A stretch of 59,178 nucleotides of DNA, filler included. It is 5 parts of 5 records of this genome, joined end to end, with 100 filler letters (N's around TTAATTAATTAA, not from the genome) between each part and the next. Parts side by side here need not be neighbours in the genome. Positions count along the whole stretch, not along the records: positions 17,600 to 22,895 come from SRR2962707_1708; positions 22,996 to 35,983 come from SRR2962707_1712; 3 more parts are not named here. One strand, given 5' to 3'. The notes under the pieces were generated by a model, which saw nothing but the letters and a program-made list of their open reading frames with translations, had not been told where the DNA came from and did not search any database. The position numbers and the translations under genes are program-made. Positions within the stretch are counted from its first letter, which is position 1. The number at the start of each line of letters is the position of its first letter. Positions 19,615 through 30,788 of this stretch are shown piece after piece.

Positions 19615-22542
19615 CTATTCAGGTGCTGCCAATGCATCACTGCTTCGATCAAGAACTGCATGGCCATCTGTGCCAATGTTCACTCGAATGCCGTTGGCTG
19701 CTGCAAAGTCGTTGAGCTCTTCCTCCATTTGAGTGCGAAGTAGGTTCCTAGCAGGACAATCACGCATTGACGTCAAACCCACTTCTGACAACCCGCCACT
19801 CAAACCCATCACTTTTACCCCATCTCAACGTAACAGAACCAACTCACAAGTAGGTCGCAAGATCTCGGTATTCGGTGTCAACTTTCGTCTTTTCCTTAGG
19901 GTCAACTTCGTATAATCGTGCCACACGTCGCATCGCATTTTCGCGCTCTTGACGAAGTTCCTCGTACCTGCAGCAATGCATTGACGTCAACAAACATGGC
20001 GATGGCCATGCACACTGTGCGCCTCGTGCACTTGTTCAAATGCAAGTACGCACTGCTTCAAAATTAACTCCTCGGCTGTGCTAGAAACGACCGTACATGC
20101 AGCTGTGAAGCTGTCGATGAGTTGTGCGGCAGCACTGAACTCGAAGGACGAAAAAATTGGAAGGCTAAACGCAAGAAATTCTGAACGATCGAGAAAGCCA
20201 TTTTGATTCGTGTCCGCCCGCTCAATTTGGTGTTTTACAACCAAAGCCGTGGCGTCTGAGCCAGAAACTAGCAACAGCGCAAAAACACAGCCAGAACCAA
20301 CCAATTTTCACACGCTCCGGTTTTGATGCCGTGACCATTTTTCGAACATGCTTGCGACCACGCACCAGACTTGTACATTCGCTTCATATCAACCATGTCA
20401 AGCATACCACGCTTCTGAGTGTCGGCTGCGTCAAAAAGCCGGCATAGCTTTTGCTCAAGCTGCTTCGACTCTGCTTCGGGGTCATGCAACAGTAGTTTTC
20501 TGAAAGTTTCGTCGCTGCCTCCCCGCTGTTGAAACGGACACCTGCGCCGACATGCAAAGGGTGATTCGTAGGTAGAGGTATCAATTACAGCCAAAAATTC
20601 CAATGGCATGTTCAATAGGCAATGTAACAAACACTGAAACGCACACACGGCAATGGGCATCAAGATTTTGATGCGGCATAAAAACGCCGCAACCAAAATC
20701 GCACATCACTCGACGCATTGGACAGTCCAGTTGCTGATGCATCAGCATCATCGGTCCTACGAAGCACCAGCCGTGCTGTGGTGGGTTAGGGGGGCAAGCA
20801 AAGGATTGCGAGCGTTAAATACCTTAAATTCAGAACAGTGTCAGACGTTTGCAGCGACGAACCGGTTCGGAATAGTTTGGTGCAGCCAATGTTGGTGCAA
20901 ATCCAGGACATTAAGACACCTCGCACATTCACTGGCACGTAAAGGCACCCAATGTTGTTGGCTCCAAGTTTTCGCCTGTTTGCAGAGCGAGTGAGTCCAC
21001 AACACACCAACAGAAAACGCAACATCTGTCAATTGTTAACAATGCGTATCACTGCAAGAAAACACTGTAATGCAATTTGAGAAAAAACTTACAGATCCTC
21101 CTCCACCACAGATTTGTGTACAAGCTCTTTTTCAACCCTTTCGGCTTCACGTGCAGCCGCTTCCCTTGCCTGCGAAAAAGTCAAAGCCCATTGTTTCGTC
21201 AAGAAAAAAGGCAAAGCCACACACTCACTGGCAAGCGATACATTGCTCGATATGACGCGACGACGCACCTCCGCCCGTTCTTGCAACTCTTTTTCTAGCT
21301 TTGCCTTTTTAGCTTCTGCAGCAACGCGAATTCGGTCAGCCTCAATTCGTAAACTCTCTTTCTTGAGAGCGGATTCGATTTGCTGTTTCAATCTGATTGC
21401 AGCAGTTACTGCCTCATGATCAAAACTTATGTGGTGCAACGCCAACTCAATTTTCCGACCAAGCCACTGAACCTGTATGTTTCAAGCATTGCAAGGTTGA
21501 ATAAAACACGCTCAATTCATACGCAGCACTACCTGATGTGAGTCCGATGACAAGGTTGTCCGCGAGTGATTCATCACAATCCCAGCCCACGAACAACTCA
21601 CCGTCGCCTCTAGCTCAGGATAGTTGGCAGTATCAATTGACTTTTCAGACTCTGGTCCAGAATCAGACTCTTTTTCTTCATATGCTTCAGCATCTTCGGG
21701 CGAAACTTCTTGTGCACTTGGCTTGTACCGTATTGCTTTACCGGCCTTCGCAGTAGCTAGTTGCAAACGCTCAACTGCCTCGACACGCTCAAGGATGTTC
21801 TCGTGGCGCATTGAGGCACAGTGGTCACATACGTCGAAGTCGCACAAGCGACATCCAAACATGTAACACATGTTTCCATCGTACCTTTCCAAGAAACGAG
21901 AAGCCATCCAGACAAAAGAAAGTAAAAAAACCACAGGACACGCGTCGACGCCGAAAGCAGGGTGCTTCTTTGACAGCGCACGTTTTTTGTTCACGCCCTT
22001 CGCAGTCATCGCAGGTGAACTCGCGACGGTCACAGGAGAACTCAGAGAGAGGATGCTCGGATTTGCAGGTGGCTTTGACACGTCGAAGAAGAGCTTCTGC
22101 GCACCACCACTCGGAGACTCCGTCGTTGTGCTCAACCAAAATTGAGCGGTCTCTCTTGTCGCACTCCACCACTTTGCCAAGGCGCCCAACTAGTTTTTCG
22201 TGCTTGCTCGAAAATATCCACTTGCGTGCTTCGATTGCGCGCTGAGCCTCCTCCAGGGGCTTTATTTGAACAGTCATTGGGTCGAAACATTCCGAAAACC
22301 TGTTCGTCAAAACGAGAAGCGTCATCGCACTGTCGAAACAGTCACGAACCCACACAGCCACAAGGACCGAAACGAGAACAGAGCAGGAAGAAACACACAA
22401 GCAAGGCAAGATTCGCTTACTTGAAGTTCCGTTGCCCATACTTCGTAATATCCCCTTCCTCCGCACTTTTCAAAAGTTGTCCCATTGCAGCGAGTTTCTG
22501 CAGAAGTGCAGGAGCACTCCCCGCGAGGGCAGAGTTGCCCAT
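19615..22542 (-). CDS. Spliced eukaryotic multidomain protein: Mib-SH3-like, Cys/His Zn finger, coiled coil, TRAF-type Zn fingers, EF-hand pair (623 aa, 11 exons)
   Basis: Exons 22542-22421, 22299-21982, 21884-21602, 21472-21269, 21169-21093, 20975-20863, 20756-20645, 20541-20366, 20267-20054, 19967-19848, 19747-19615. All GT-AG and in phase (1872 nt total). Motifs: MGNS start, KLVGRLGKVVECDKRDRSILVEH...WW, CKSEHPL..CDDC..CRLCDFDVCDHC, CTNIGC..HQQLDCPMRRVMCDFGC..H...CP, DTQKRGMLDMVD, DTNQNGFLDRSE. Confidence 0.78.
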
Positions 22543-22895
22543 CGCACCCCCGCTGAGCTACTCTTCCCGCAGGTTCTGTTGACAGTGTGGGTGTGGCTCG
22601 CACATCACGACTTTGCTTTCTCGGCGTGTCACGCTACTCGCAAGTTCTCAGATCCAGCAGCACAACGTTCCGCCAAGGACGCAAACTCAACCTATCGCCA
22701 GCAACTGGCTTGCTGCAGACACAAGCAACGAAGAAGAAGGCCCACAGCGGGCACACAAAAAAATACGACTAAAAAACAAGAAAGCTCGACAGCAACTGTG
22801 CAACCGAACTCGTGAACTTTCAGCGACAACACGAGATAATATAATTGATTATAATATCCCCTTCGTAGCACACTTCATCACCCACATCCCAGACA

Positions 22896-22995
22896 NNNNN
22901 NNNNNNNNNNNNNNNNNNNNNNNNNNNNNNNNNNNNNNNTTAATTAATTAANNNNNNNNNNNNNNNNNNNNNNNNNNNNNNNNNNNNNNNNNNNN
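22896..22995. other. Artificial contig spacer
   Basis: 44 N + TTAATTAATTAA + 44 N. Confidence 0.99.
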
Positions 22996-23193
22996 GATTT
23001 CCTCGTCGGATTCCACGATCAGATCATTGTCGATGCCGATTTCACCGAATTCGTTGACAATCACTGCATATCGTTTGCCATGCGGTTCGGAGAGAATGCG
23101 GTTGAGCAGGGTGGTCTTGCCGGCACCGAGGTAGCCGGTCAGAACGGTCACGGGGATGGGGGCCACGGGGGTGGTAACTGGCGCTTCGCTCAT
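22996..23193 (-). CDS. CobW/COG0523 family GTPase, N-terminal fragment (truncated by contig end)
   Basis: [35 protein letters not shown]. Confidence 0.9.
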
Positions 23194-23256
23194 CGGATCT
23201 CTCTGTCAGGAAGGTGTGATTGATCCCATATAGGCGTTTCCCGCTGCTTATGCCAC

Positions 23257-24228
23257 TCACAAGGACATGATGTGATGGGCCACAGCCTCGCCTGATTGAT
23301 GCGCGGCCTCGGCACGGCCGCCGGTGCACCAGTCGCCACAGGCAAACAGCGTGTCTTGCTGATTGCCCAGAAAGGGTTGATCCAGCGGCTTTTCCACCAG
23401 GGCGTAGAGCCAGCGATGGACTTCGCAATGGATGGGAGCAGGCAGATGCTGACCCAGGCCAGTCTGTTGCCTCATTGCCTGGAGCATCGAAGTCTTGACT
23501 GAATTGCGATCACTTTCGATGTGGGAGCGGCTCCATTGCGGCGTCGCGTGCATGACAAAGGTCTCGCCGGTCCGGCCCGGTTTTGAGCCGTTGCGCGCAA
23601 TCAGGGCGAGGACCTCCCCATCCTGTCCACGGATCAGATCCGGGACATCTGCCAGGGGACGATCAAACGCCAGCATGGCAGACCAGCAGGGCGCCATGCT
23701 GACAGTGCGCAATTGGTTGAATACCGGAGCGAGCGGTTCAAGCAGCGCAAGCGCTTGTGGTGCAGGAATGGCTGCGACCACTCGGGAAGCCCGGTAAACC
23801 TGCCCGTCACTATCGGCGCCCTGTGTGTGAACCAGGAATGCCTGATCCTGTTTGGCAATGTGCGTTGCCCTTGTCTGGTAGGTGATGTCCAGCCCCTTGG
23901 CCAAGGCTTTGCCAATGGCCGACATTCCGGGGTGGCCGACCCACCATGTGTGGGCACTGTCCTTGCCATCGGGATTCCATGCCGCCAGATCGCCGCTTTG
24001 AGACAATTGGTCGATGAGTTTGGAAAAACCTGCTGTTCTGTTGGTCAGGTATTGCGCGCCGTGGTCGAAATTTCCAGCCTCGCTGCGGCGGGTCGACAGC
24101 CTGCCGCCGGCGGATCTGGATTTCTCGATTACCACGACCTTGCCCGGCCGGCCGAACAATTCCCGCGCCAGTGTCAAACCCGCCAGTCCGGCACCTATGA
24201 TCAGGGTATCGATTTCAATCATGCTCAA
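23257..24228 (-). CDS. NAD(P)/FAD-dependent oxidoreductase (renalase-like)
   Basis: IIGAGLAG, EKSRSAGGRLSTRR, FDHGAQY, HRWLYA, CGDWC.GGRAEAAHQSG. Confidence 0.88.
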   Translation of the reverse strand: MSMIEIDTLIIGAGLAGLTLARELFGRPGKVVVIEKSRSAGGRLSTRRSEAGNFDHGAQYLTNRTAGFSKLIDQLSQSGDLAAWNPDGKDSAHTWWVGHPGMSAIGKALAKGLDITYQTRATHIAKQDQAFLVHTQGADSDGQVYRASRVVAAIPAPQALALLEPLAPVFNQLRTVSMAPCWSAMLAFDRPLADVPDLIRGQDGEVLALIARNGSKPGRTGETFVMHATPQWSRSHIESDRNSVKTSMLQAMRQQTGLGQHLPAPIHCEVHRWLYALVEKPLDQPFLGNQQDTLFACGDWCTGGRAEAAHQSGEAVAHHIMSL

Positions 24229-24356
24229 ATGTCCTGAAGGCCTGTGTTTGCGATGGGCTTGGTTCAGAAACTAGAAACATCCTCAGCAATTCAAGCGCCA
24301 GGCTCAGACTGTTGGCTGCGGGAGGGTGATCTGTCGCTGCCTTGATGGCCCGCTGA

Positions 24357-25100
24357 TCAGGTCAGTTCGTCGACATCGAAGGCCGCCATGTCGACGAGCA
24401 GCTCGGTCAGCCCTCGCAGGGAGTGGGCCAGGATTGCCTCACCCTTGCTGGCGGAGGCCTGGCTTGCCTTGCCGGCGGCGCCGTTCGAATTGAGGTCCGA
24501 CATCTTCCAGCCGAAGGCATGCGGGCCGTAGGCGCGCAAATGGGTGAAGCGCCGGGCGTATTCTTCCTGCCGGGAGGGAAAGTCCTGAAGCGCGTCCGGA
24601 CGAACCAGATCAGGGCGTATCGCCAGCATCACCGAGGTTTCGATGTCGCCAGCATGAATGTCGAACGCCTTGTCCGCGGGCGCGACCAGATCAGTGGGGA
24701 CGCCGAAGCGGGTCCAGCTTGTTGCAACGACAAGCATGTTGAAGCGAACTCTGGCCTCGGTTGCGACAATCGTCAGCAATGGCGAATTTCCACCATGCGC
24801 GTTGAGCAGCATAAGGCGGGGTATTCCGCGATCGGCACAGCCAGCCGCGATATCAATCCAGCGATTGACGGCTTCCTCAAAGCGAAGCGTTCGCGTACCT
24901 GACACATCCATGTGCTCGATAGAATAACCGGTCGATTCGACGGGCAGCAATTCGGTTCGAATGCCATCGGGAGCAGCGCGGCAAAGCCGTTGTGCCACCT
25001 CCTGAGCGATCAGAGCATCGGTCTCGAACGGCAGATGCGGGCCGTGCTGCTCGTGCGCGCCCAATGGGAGAATGGCTATGGGGACAGGTTGTGTGGGCAT
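24357..25100 (-). CDS. Creatininase family amidohydrolase
   Basis: LPLGAHEQHGPHLPFETD, YSIEH, NAHGGN, HAGDIETS. Start placed at ATG 25100. Confidence 0.9.
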   Translation of the reverse strand: MPTQPVPIAILPLGAHEQHGPHLPFETDALIAQEVAQRLCRAAPDGIRTELLPVESTGYSIEHMDVSGTRTLRFEEAVNRWIDIAAGCADRGIPRLMLLNAHGGNSPLLTIVATEARVRFNMLVVATSWTRFGVPTDLVAPADKAFDIHAGDIETSVMLAIRPDLVRPDALQDFPSRQEEYARRFTHLRAYGPHAFGWKMSDLNSNGAAGKASQASASKGEAILAHSLRGLTELLVDMAAFDVDELT

Positions 25101-25179
25101 AGGGTGGTTATTCCGCTCGGGCCAAATTAGAGTCCGAACCCTAGGGTGAGGGAACAAAGGCCGCAAGAAGGAGCTGTCC

Positions 25180-25752
25180 GTGTCCGCCAAAAAGAAGACC
25201 AAGACAAAAAAGTCCAGGAAGGGTGATCATGCAGAAACGCTCTTGATGATCACTCAGGTGGCGCGAAATGCGAGAACGGCACTGTCGCGGCATTTGCTGG
25301 ATCTGGGGCTTTACGCTGGCCAGGATGGTGTCATGCTGGCTCTGGACGCTGATGACGGGCAAACGCCCGGCGCGATCGCGGCGTCGCTCGGCGTGAAGGC
25401 TCCGACTGTCACCAAGACCATCGGGCGGCTTGCGGCGCAAGGGTTCCTGCGGCGGGAAGGGTCGCCGGATGACGGGCGGATGATGCTGGTGTTTCTGACC
25501 GAGGCTGGGCGGGACCAGATCAAGTCAATCCGCAAATCGCAACGCAAGACCGGGAAGGCAGCTTTTGCCGGTTTGAAGAAAAAGGAGGTGGCTGAGCTTC
25601 TGGCGCTTCTTTCGACGGTGGATGCGAATATTTCCGCGAGCCTTCGTGTCGAAGGAGGGGCCGTGACTGCCAAGGGTGCTGCAACGGACAGTCCCGAGCC
25701 GCCGGAAGAGCTGTCTGCTGTCGCAGACGATACAGCAATCGGCGCTGACTGA
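25180..25752 (+). CDS. MarR family transcriptional regulator
   Basis: GLYAGQDGVML, LGVKAPTVTKTIGRLAAQGFLRR, DDGR...VFLTEAG. Confidence 0.88.
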   Translation: MSAKKKTKTKKSRKGDHAETLLMITQVARNARTALSRHLLDLGLYAGQDGVMLALDADDGQTPGAIAASLGVKAPTVTKTIGRLAAQGFLRREGSPDDGRMMLVFLTEAGRDQIKSIRKSQRKTGKAAFAGLKKKEVAELLALLSTVDANISASLRVEGGAVTAKGAATDSPEPPEELSAVADDTAIGAD

Positions 25753-25756
25753 TTGC

Positions 25757-25779
25757 TAGTTCGGTTTAAACCTTTTAGA
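25757..25779. promoter_or_regulatory. Candidate operator upstream of LacI-family gene
   Basis: Palindrome GGTTTAAACC (25763-25772) in an AT-rich intergenic gap about 60 nt before the lacI-family start. Confidence 0.3.
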
Positions 25780-25831
25780 TTTGTTGAATTGTTGAATCGG
25801 GGCTCAGGGCCCCGTTATAGGGAACCGCAAT

Positions 25832-26860
25832 TTGGCGCAGAAGATAAAGCTTTCGACTATTGCCGAGGCATTGGGCCTTTCAACAGCAACAGTTTCCCTT
25901 GCATTGCGTGACAGCCCGTTGGTGGCGGATGTAACCCGCGACCGCATCAAGGAAAAAGCCATCGAACTTGGCTATATCTACAACCGGCGCGCAGCTTCGC
26001 TCAGGACATCGCGGTCAGGCATCATCGGGGTGGTCGTGCATGACATCATGAACCCGTTCTATGCCGAAATCCTCAAGTCGATCGAGACCGAACTCGATCG
26101 CAGCCGGCAGACCTTCATTCTCTCCAATCATTACGACTCGGTCGACAAGCAGCGCAACTTCATCGAGACGTTGCTGCAGCTGGGCGGAGACGGGGTGATC
26201 ATGTCGCCGGCCATCGGAACGCCTGCGTCCGACATCCGCTTGGCCGAAGACAATGGCATGCCTGCGATCCTGATTGCCCGGTCCGTGCCGGAGATTGATG
26301 TGCCGACTTTCCGTGGCGATGATGCCTATGGGACCGCACTGGCGACCAATCATCTGATTAGCCTCGGGCACACCCGTATCGCCATGATCGGCGGCACTGA
26401 CCATACCTCAACGGGACGGGATCGATATGCCGGTTACGCGGAAGCGCTCAAGAAGGCCGGTATTGCTGTTGATCCGGCGTTGAGAATTCCGGGGCCGCGG
26501 ACCAAGCAAAGCGGCTTTGAAGCGGCGGTGAATTTTCTCGCCAATCCGCTCAAGCCGACTGCAGCGGTATGTTGGAACGATCTGGTGGCCATTGGCCTGA
26601 TGAGTGGCATCGCGCGAGCGGGTCTTGTACCCGGAAAGGATATTTCAGTGACTGGTTATGACGATCTTGAGGAAGCGGCAATTGCAACGCCAGCCTTGAC
26701 CACAGTCTGGAACGGGCAATCCGAGGTCGGACGTTTGGCGGCACGGGCGCTGCTCGACAAGCTCAATGGCTCGAGTGAAGCTGACGGGCTGCATCTGATC
26801 AAACCTGAAATGCGGATCAGGCAGTCGACCATGCCACTTAACCCGGGAGCAGGCCGATGA
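25832..26860 (+). CDS. LacI family transcriptional regulator
   Basis: HTH LSTIAEALGLSTATVSLAL, hinge YNRRAASLRT, NPFY, CWNDLVAIG, DISVTGYDD, PALTTV. TTG start. Confidence 0.93.
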   Translation: MAQKIKLSTIAEALGLSTATVSLALRDSPLVADVTRDRIKEKAIELGYIYNRRAASLRTSRSGIIGVVVHDIMNPFYAEILKSIETELDRSRQTFILSNHYDSVDKQRNFIETLLQLGGDGVIMSPAIGTPASDIRLAEDNGMPAILIARSVPEIDVPTFRGDDAYGTALATNHLISLGHTRIAMIGGTDHTSTGRDRYAGYAEALKKAGIAVDPALRIPGPRTKQSGFEAAVNFLANPLKPTAAVCWNDLVAIGLMSGIARAGLVPGKDISVTGYDDLEEAAIATPALTTVWNGQSEVGRLAARALLDKLNGSSEADGLHLIKPEMRIRQSTMPLNPGAGR

Positions 26861-27831
26861 GTGCTCAACGCGCCGCCGTGCTTATTGCCGGCAAGGTTCA
26901 CGCCCGGGTCCGGGAACGGGTCGACGCGGAATTCGAGGCTGTCTCCATCGAGGCTGCCGATGCCGGGCTGATGAGTGAAGAGACCCGCAACCGGATCAGG
27001 GGCATGGCCTCGGGGACACGGATTTCGGCGGAATTCATCGATTCCCTGCCAAACCTCGAAGTGATTGCCAATTTTGGCGTCGGCTATGACGCCGTTGATG
27101 CAGCCCATGCGGCAACGCGCAAAGTCATGGTCACCAACACGCCGGACGTCCTGTCTGATGAAGTTGCGGACACAACCGTCGGGCTGTTGCTCAACACGTT
27201 GCGTGAACTGCCGAAAGCCGAAGCCTATCTTCGTGCGGGACGTTGGGCGGCCGAGGGGGCTTACCCGCTGACATCTCTTTCACTCAGGGGACGGACGATC
27301 GGCATTTTCGGTCTCGGGCGCATCGGCCTGGCCATTGCCCGGCGTCTGGAAGCATTCGGCTTGCCCATTCATTATCACACCAGAACCAAACGGTCTGACG
27401 TCGTCTACACCTGGCACCCACGTCTGATTGATATGGCTTCAGCAGTCGACACTCTGATTGTGATCGTGCCTGGTGGTGCGGCGACGGAGAAGGCCGTCAA
27501 CGCAGACATTCTGAATGCGCTTGGATCGCAGGGCGTCTTGATCAATGTCGGGCGTGGATCAACGGTTGATGAGCCAGCACTGATCGCCGCACTCGCAGAC
27601 CATACAATTGCTGCTGCCGGGCTTGATGTCTTTGCGGATGAACCGAATGTGCCGCAAGCGCTGATGGATTTGCCCAACGCCTGCCTGCTGCCACATGTGG
27701 CTTCGGCGTCGGTCTCCACACGTAACGCCATGGCTGATCTGGTGGTGGACAATCTGATCGAATGGCTGGCAGGCCGTCCGGCGGTGACCGCGGTTCCGGA
27801 ATGCGCGGGCTTTGACCGGAAGCCGAGCTAG
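26857..27831 (+). CDS. D-2-hydroxyacid dehydrogenase (glyoxylate/hydroxypyruvate reductase-like)
   Basis: FGVGYDAVD, VTNTPDVL, GIFGLGRIG, INVGRGSTVDE, AGLDVFADEP, LLPHVAS. Confidence 0.92.
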   Translation: MSAQRAAVLIAGKVHARVRERVDAEFEAVSIEAADAGLMSEETRNRIRGMASGTRISAEFIDSLPNLEVIANFGVGYDAVDAAHAATRKVMVTNTPDVLSDEVADTTVGLLLNTLRELPKAEAYLRAGRWAAEGAYPLTSLSLRGRTIGIFGLGRIGLAIARRLEAFGLPIHYHTRTKRSDVVYTWHPRLIDMASAVDTLIVIVPGGAATEKAVNADILNALGSQGVLINVGRGSTVDEPALIAALADHTIAAAGLDVFADEPNVPQALMDLPNACLLPHVASASVSTRNAMADLVVDNLIEWLAGRPAVTAVPECAGFDRKPS

Positions 27832-27860
27832 AGGCTGCGCACCCCGGAGCCATGGAGTTT

Positions 27861-28247
27861 TTAATTGATCTCGCCGGTGAGTGGATTGGTGGACAAATCA
27901 GCGATACGGCGTTCCGTCAATTTCATCAAACATCCCAGTTTGAGTATAGGAGCCATTGTGCCGCCGCTGGCGTAGTCCGCGATACGAGCACATTCGGCAT
28001 CACGGAACTTGATCCATCCGCGCTGGGCTTTGAGTAGCTTGGCATAGTCCGTCTTGTTCAAGCCGGCCCGCAGTTCTTGATAGGTTCGATTAAGATCGCC
28101 ATCCATGAGGTTGAGATGCGACGCCAGGCATTCAATAATGTCCGGCGTTGTTACTGAGTCCTGGCACAGCTGGCTCTGAGAAAAAGCTGCCGGCGTTGCT
28201 AAAAAGCCCCCGACGCAAAATGTGAGAGAGAATATAAAATATTTCAA
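27861..28247 (-). CDS. Lysozyme inhibitor LprI (DUF1311) family exported protein
   Basis: Signal peptide, C...DIIEC...LNRTY...LLKAQRGWIKFRDAEC...C..KLTERRI. TTG start at 28247 chosen from an upstream AAGGGG RBS (ORF extends to 28286). Confidence 0.85.
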   Translation of the reverse strand: MKYFIFSLTFCVGGFLATPAAFSQSQLCQDSVTTPDIIECLASHLNLMDGDLNRTYQELRAGLNKTDYAKLLKAQRGWIKFRDAECARIADYASGGTMAPILKLGCLMKLTERRIADLSTNPLTGEIN

Positions 28248-28368
28248 AGCGTTAACCCCTTTATCCTTCGCCGGGCATAAGACCACGAGGTGTCAGGGAT
28301 TGTCCAGCCAATGTCTGTGCAGCGCCGCCCATTCAAATGAATGAGTTTGAACGCGACATGTATTGGGC

Positions 28369-29133
28369 TTATTCAGCGGCTGCGGCAGGCCGGGCGTGGC
28401 GGGCGCGAACCGCATCTCCGAAGGCTGCAAAAATCTTGTCTGAAATGACGTCGTTGCCGACCCAGTATTCGGGATGCCACTGAACCCCGAGCGCAAAGCC
28501 CGGCGCGTCTATCACGCTGACGGCTTCGACGGTGCCGTCGTCAGCAACAGCTTCGACAGCCAACCGGGGCGCCAGTGTTGAAATGGCCTGGCGATGCAGC
28601 GAATTGACGCTGACTTCGCCGTTGCCGACAATGGATGCAAGGCAACTGCCTTCCTTGACCTTTATCGTATGGCGGATGGCGAATGCCTGATCCCGGTCCT
28701 CGGTGTCAGGCTTGCGGTGATCCATGCGTCCCGGAAGGTCCTGGATTTCGGTGGCGAGTGCACCGCCGAGCGCGACATTGAGTTCCTGAATGCCCCGGCA
28801 TATGGCCAGCAACGGAATGCCGCGTTCAATCGTACGGCGGATGAGCGCCATGCTCAGCATGTCACGGGCGGGGTCAAACGGACCGTGGTGTTCGGTTTCA
28901 TCCTCTCCATAGTTGGATGGATGAACATTGGTGCGCGAGCCACTGATCAGAACCCCGTCGACCCGGTCGAGCACCATGTCGACGTCGGTTCCCTCGCTCA
29001 GAGCCGGCACGATCAGTGGCAGGACATTCGATCCGGTGACCGCAGCCATGATGTATTGATCGGGGGCGGCATGCCAGGTGTATCCATCGAATTCACGAAT
29101 ATCCGCCGGTATTGCGACAAGTCCACTGTGCAT
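28369..29133 (-). CDS. Gamma-glutamyl-gamma-aminobutyrate hydrolase family (peptidase C26, PuuD-like)
   Basis: SGSRTNVHP, DPARD, PLLAICRGIQELNVALGG, VNSLHRQ, GVQWHPE. Confidence 0.9.
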   Translation of the reverse strand: MHSGLVAIPADIREFDGYTWHAAPDQYIMAAVTGSNVLPLIVPALSEGTDVDMVLDRVDGVLISGSRTNVHPSNYGEDETEHHGPFDPARDMLSMALIRRTIERGIPLLAICRGIQELNVALGGALATEIQDLPGRMDHRKPDTEDRDQAFAIRHTIKVKEGSCLASIVGNGEVSVNSLHRQAISTLAPRLAVEAVADDGTVEAVSVIDAPGFALGVQWHPEYWVGNDVISDKIFAAFGDAVRARHARPAAAAE

Positions 29134-29413
29134 CGCCCGATTCCCTTGATCTGCCCCGCCGAAATATCGCGGCATGGGGTCTTTGGTTCTTGCGTTTCAG
29201 CGACGTTTTGTCAATTCCATCGTCGCTCGATCGGCTTGCGAAAATTAGGATTGCTTTTACCCAAATTTGCCTGGTTTGAAACTGGCAAGAAAAATTGACC
29301 AATGCGGCTGAAATTGCCGTCTTCCGCTTGAAAGGCCTGTCGCAACATGGTTAGGTCACCCTCATGTCGTTGGGGTGTTTTTGGTGAGCGAATCCCTTGC
29401 CTCGCGGCGCTAA

Positions 29414-30538
<1,125 letters not shown>

Positions 30539-30563
30539 GCTTAGCTTCTACGCCTGACATTCG

Positions 30564-30597
30564 AAGCCCCGGTGCCGCAAGGTGCCGGGGCTTTTTT
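30564..30597 (+). terminator. Intrinsic terminator after dctP
   Basis: AAGCCCCGG-TGCC-GCAA-GGTG-CCGGGGCTTTTTT. Confidence 0.8.
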
Positions 30598-30729
30598 GTG
30601 TCCGGATTGCAGGGGCAGGGCCTCCTGCGTGGGGATTTCTGGTGAAAGGAAGCTAGAAATCACTGAGGTAAGGCAGCCCACCGGTAGCCATGAGCCTGGC
30701 GGGTTCCGAATGGCTTTCCACTGGGAACG

Positions 30730-30763
30730 AAAAAGCCCGGCGGTTGGATGCCGCCGGGCTTTT
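30730..30763 (-). terminator. Intrinsic terminator after dctM (potentially bidirectional)
   Basis: AAAAAGCCCGGCGG-TTGGATG-CCGCCGGGCTTTT. Confidence 0.8.
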
Positions 30764-30788
30764 GATTTCAACCAGAAGCGATGTCCGG

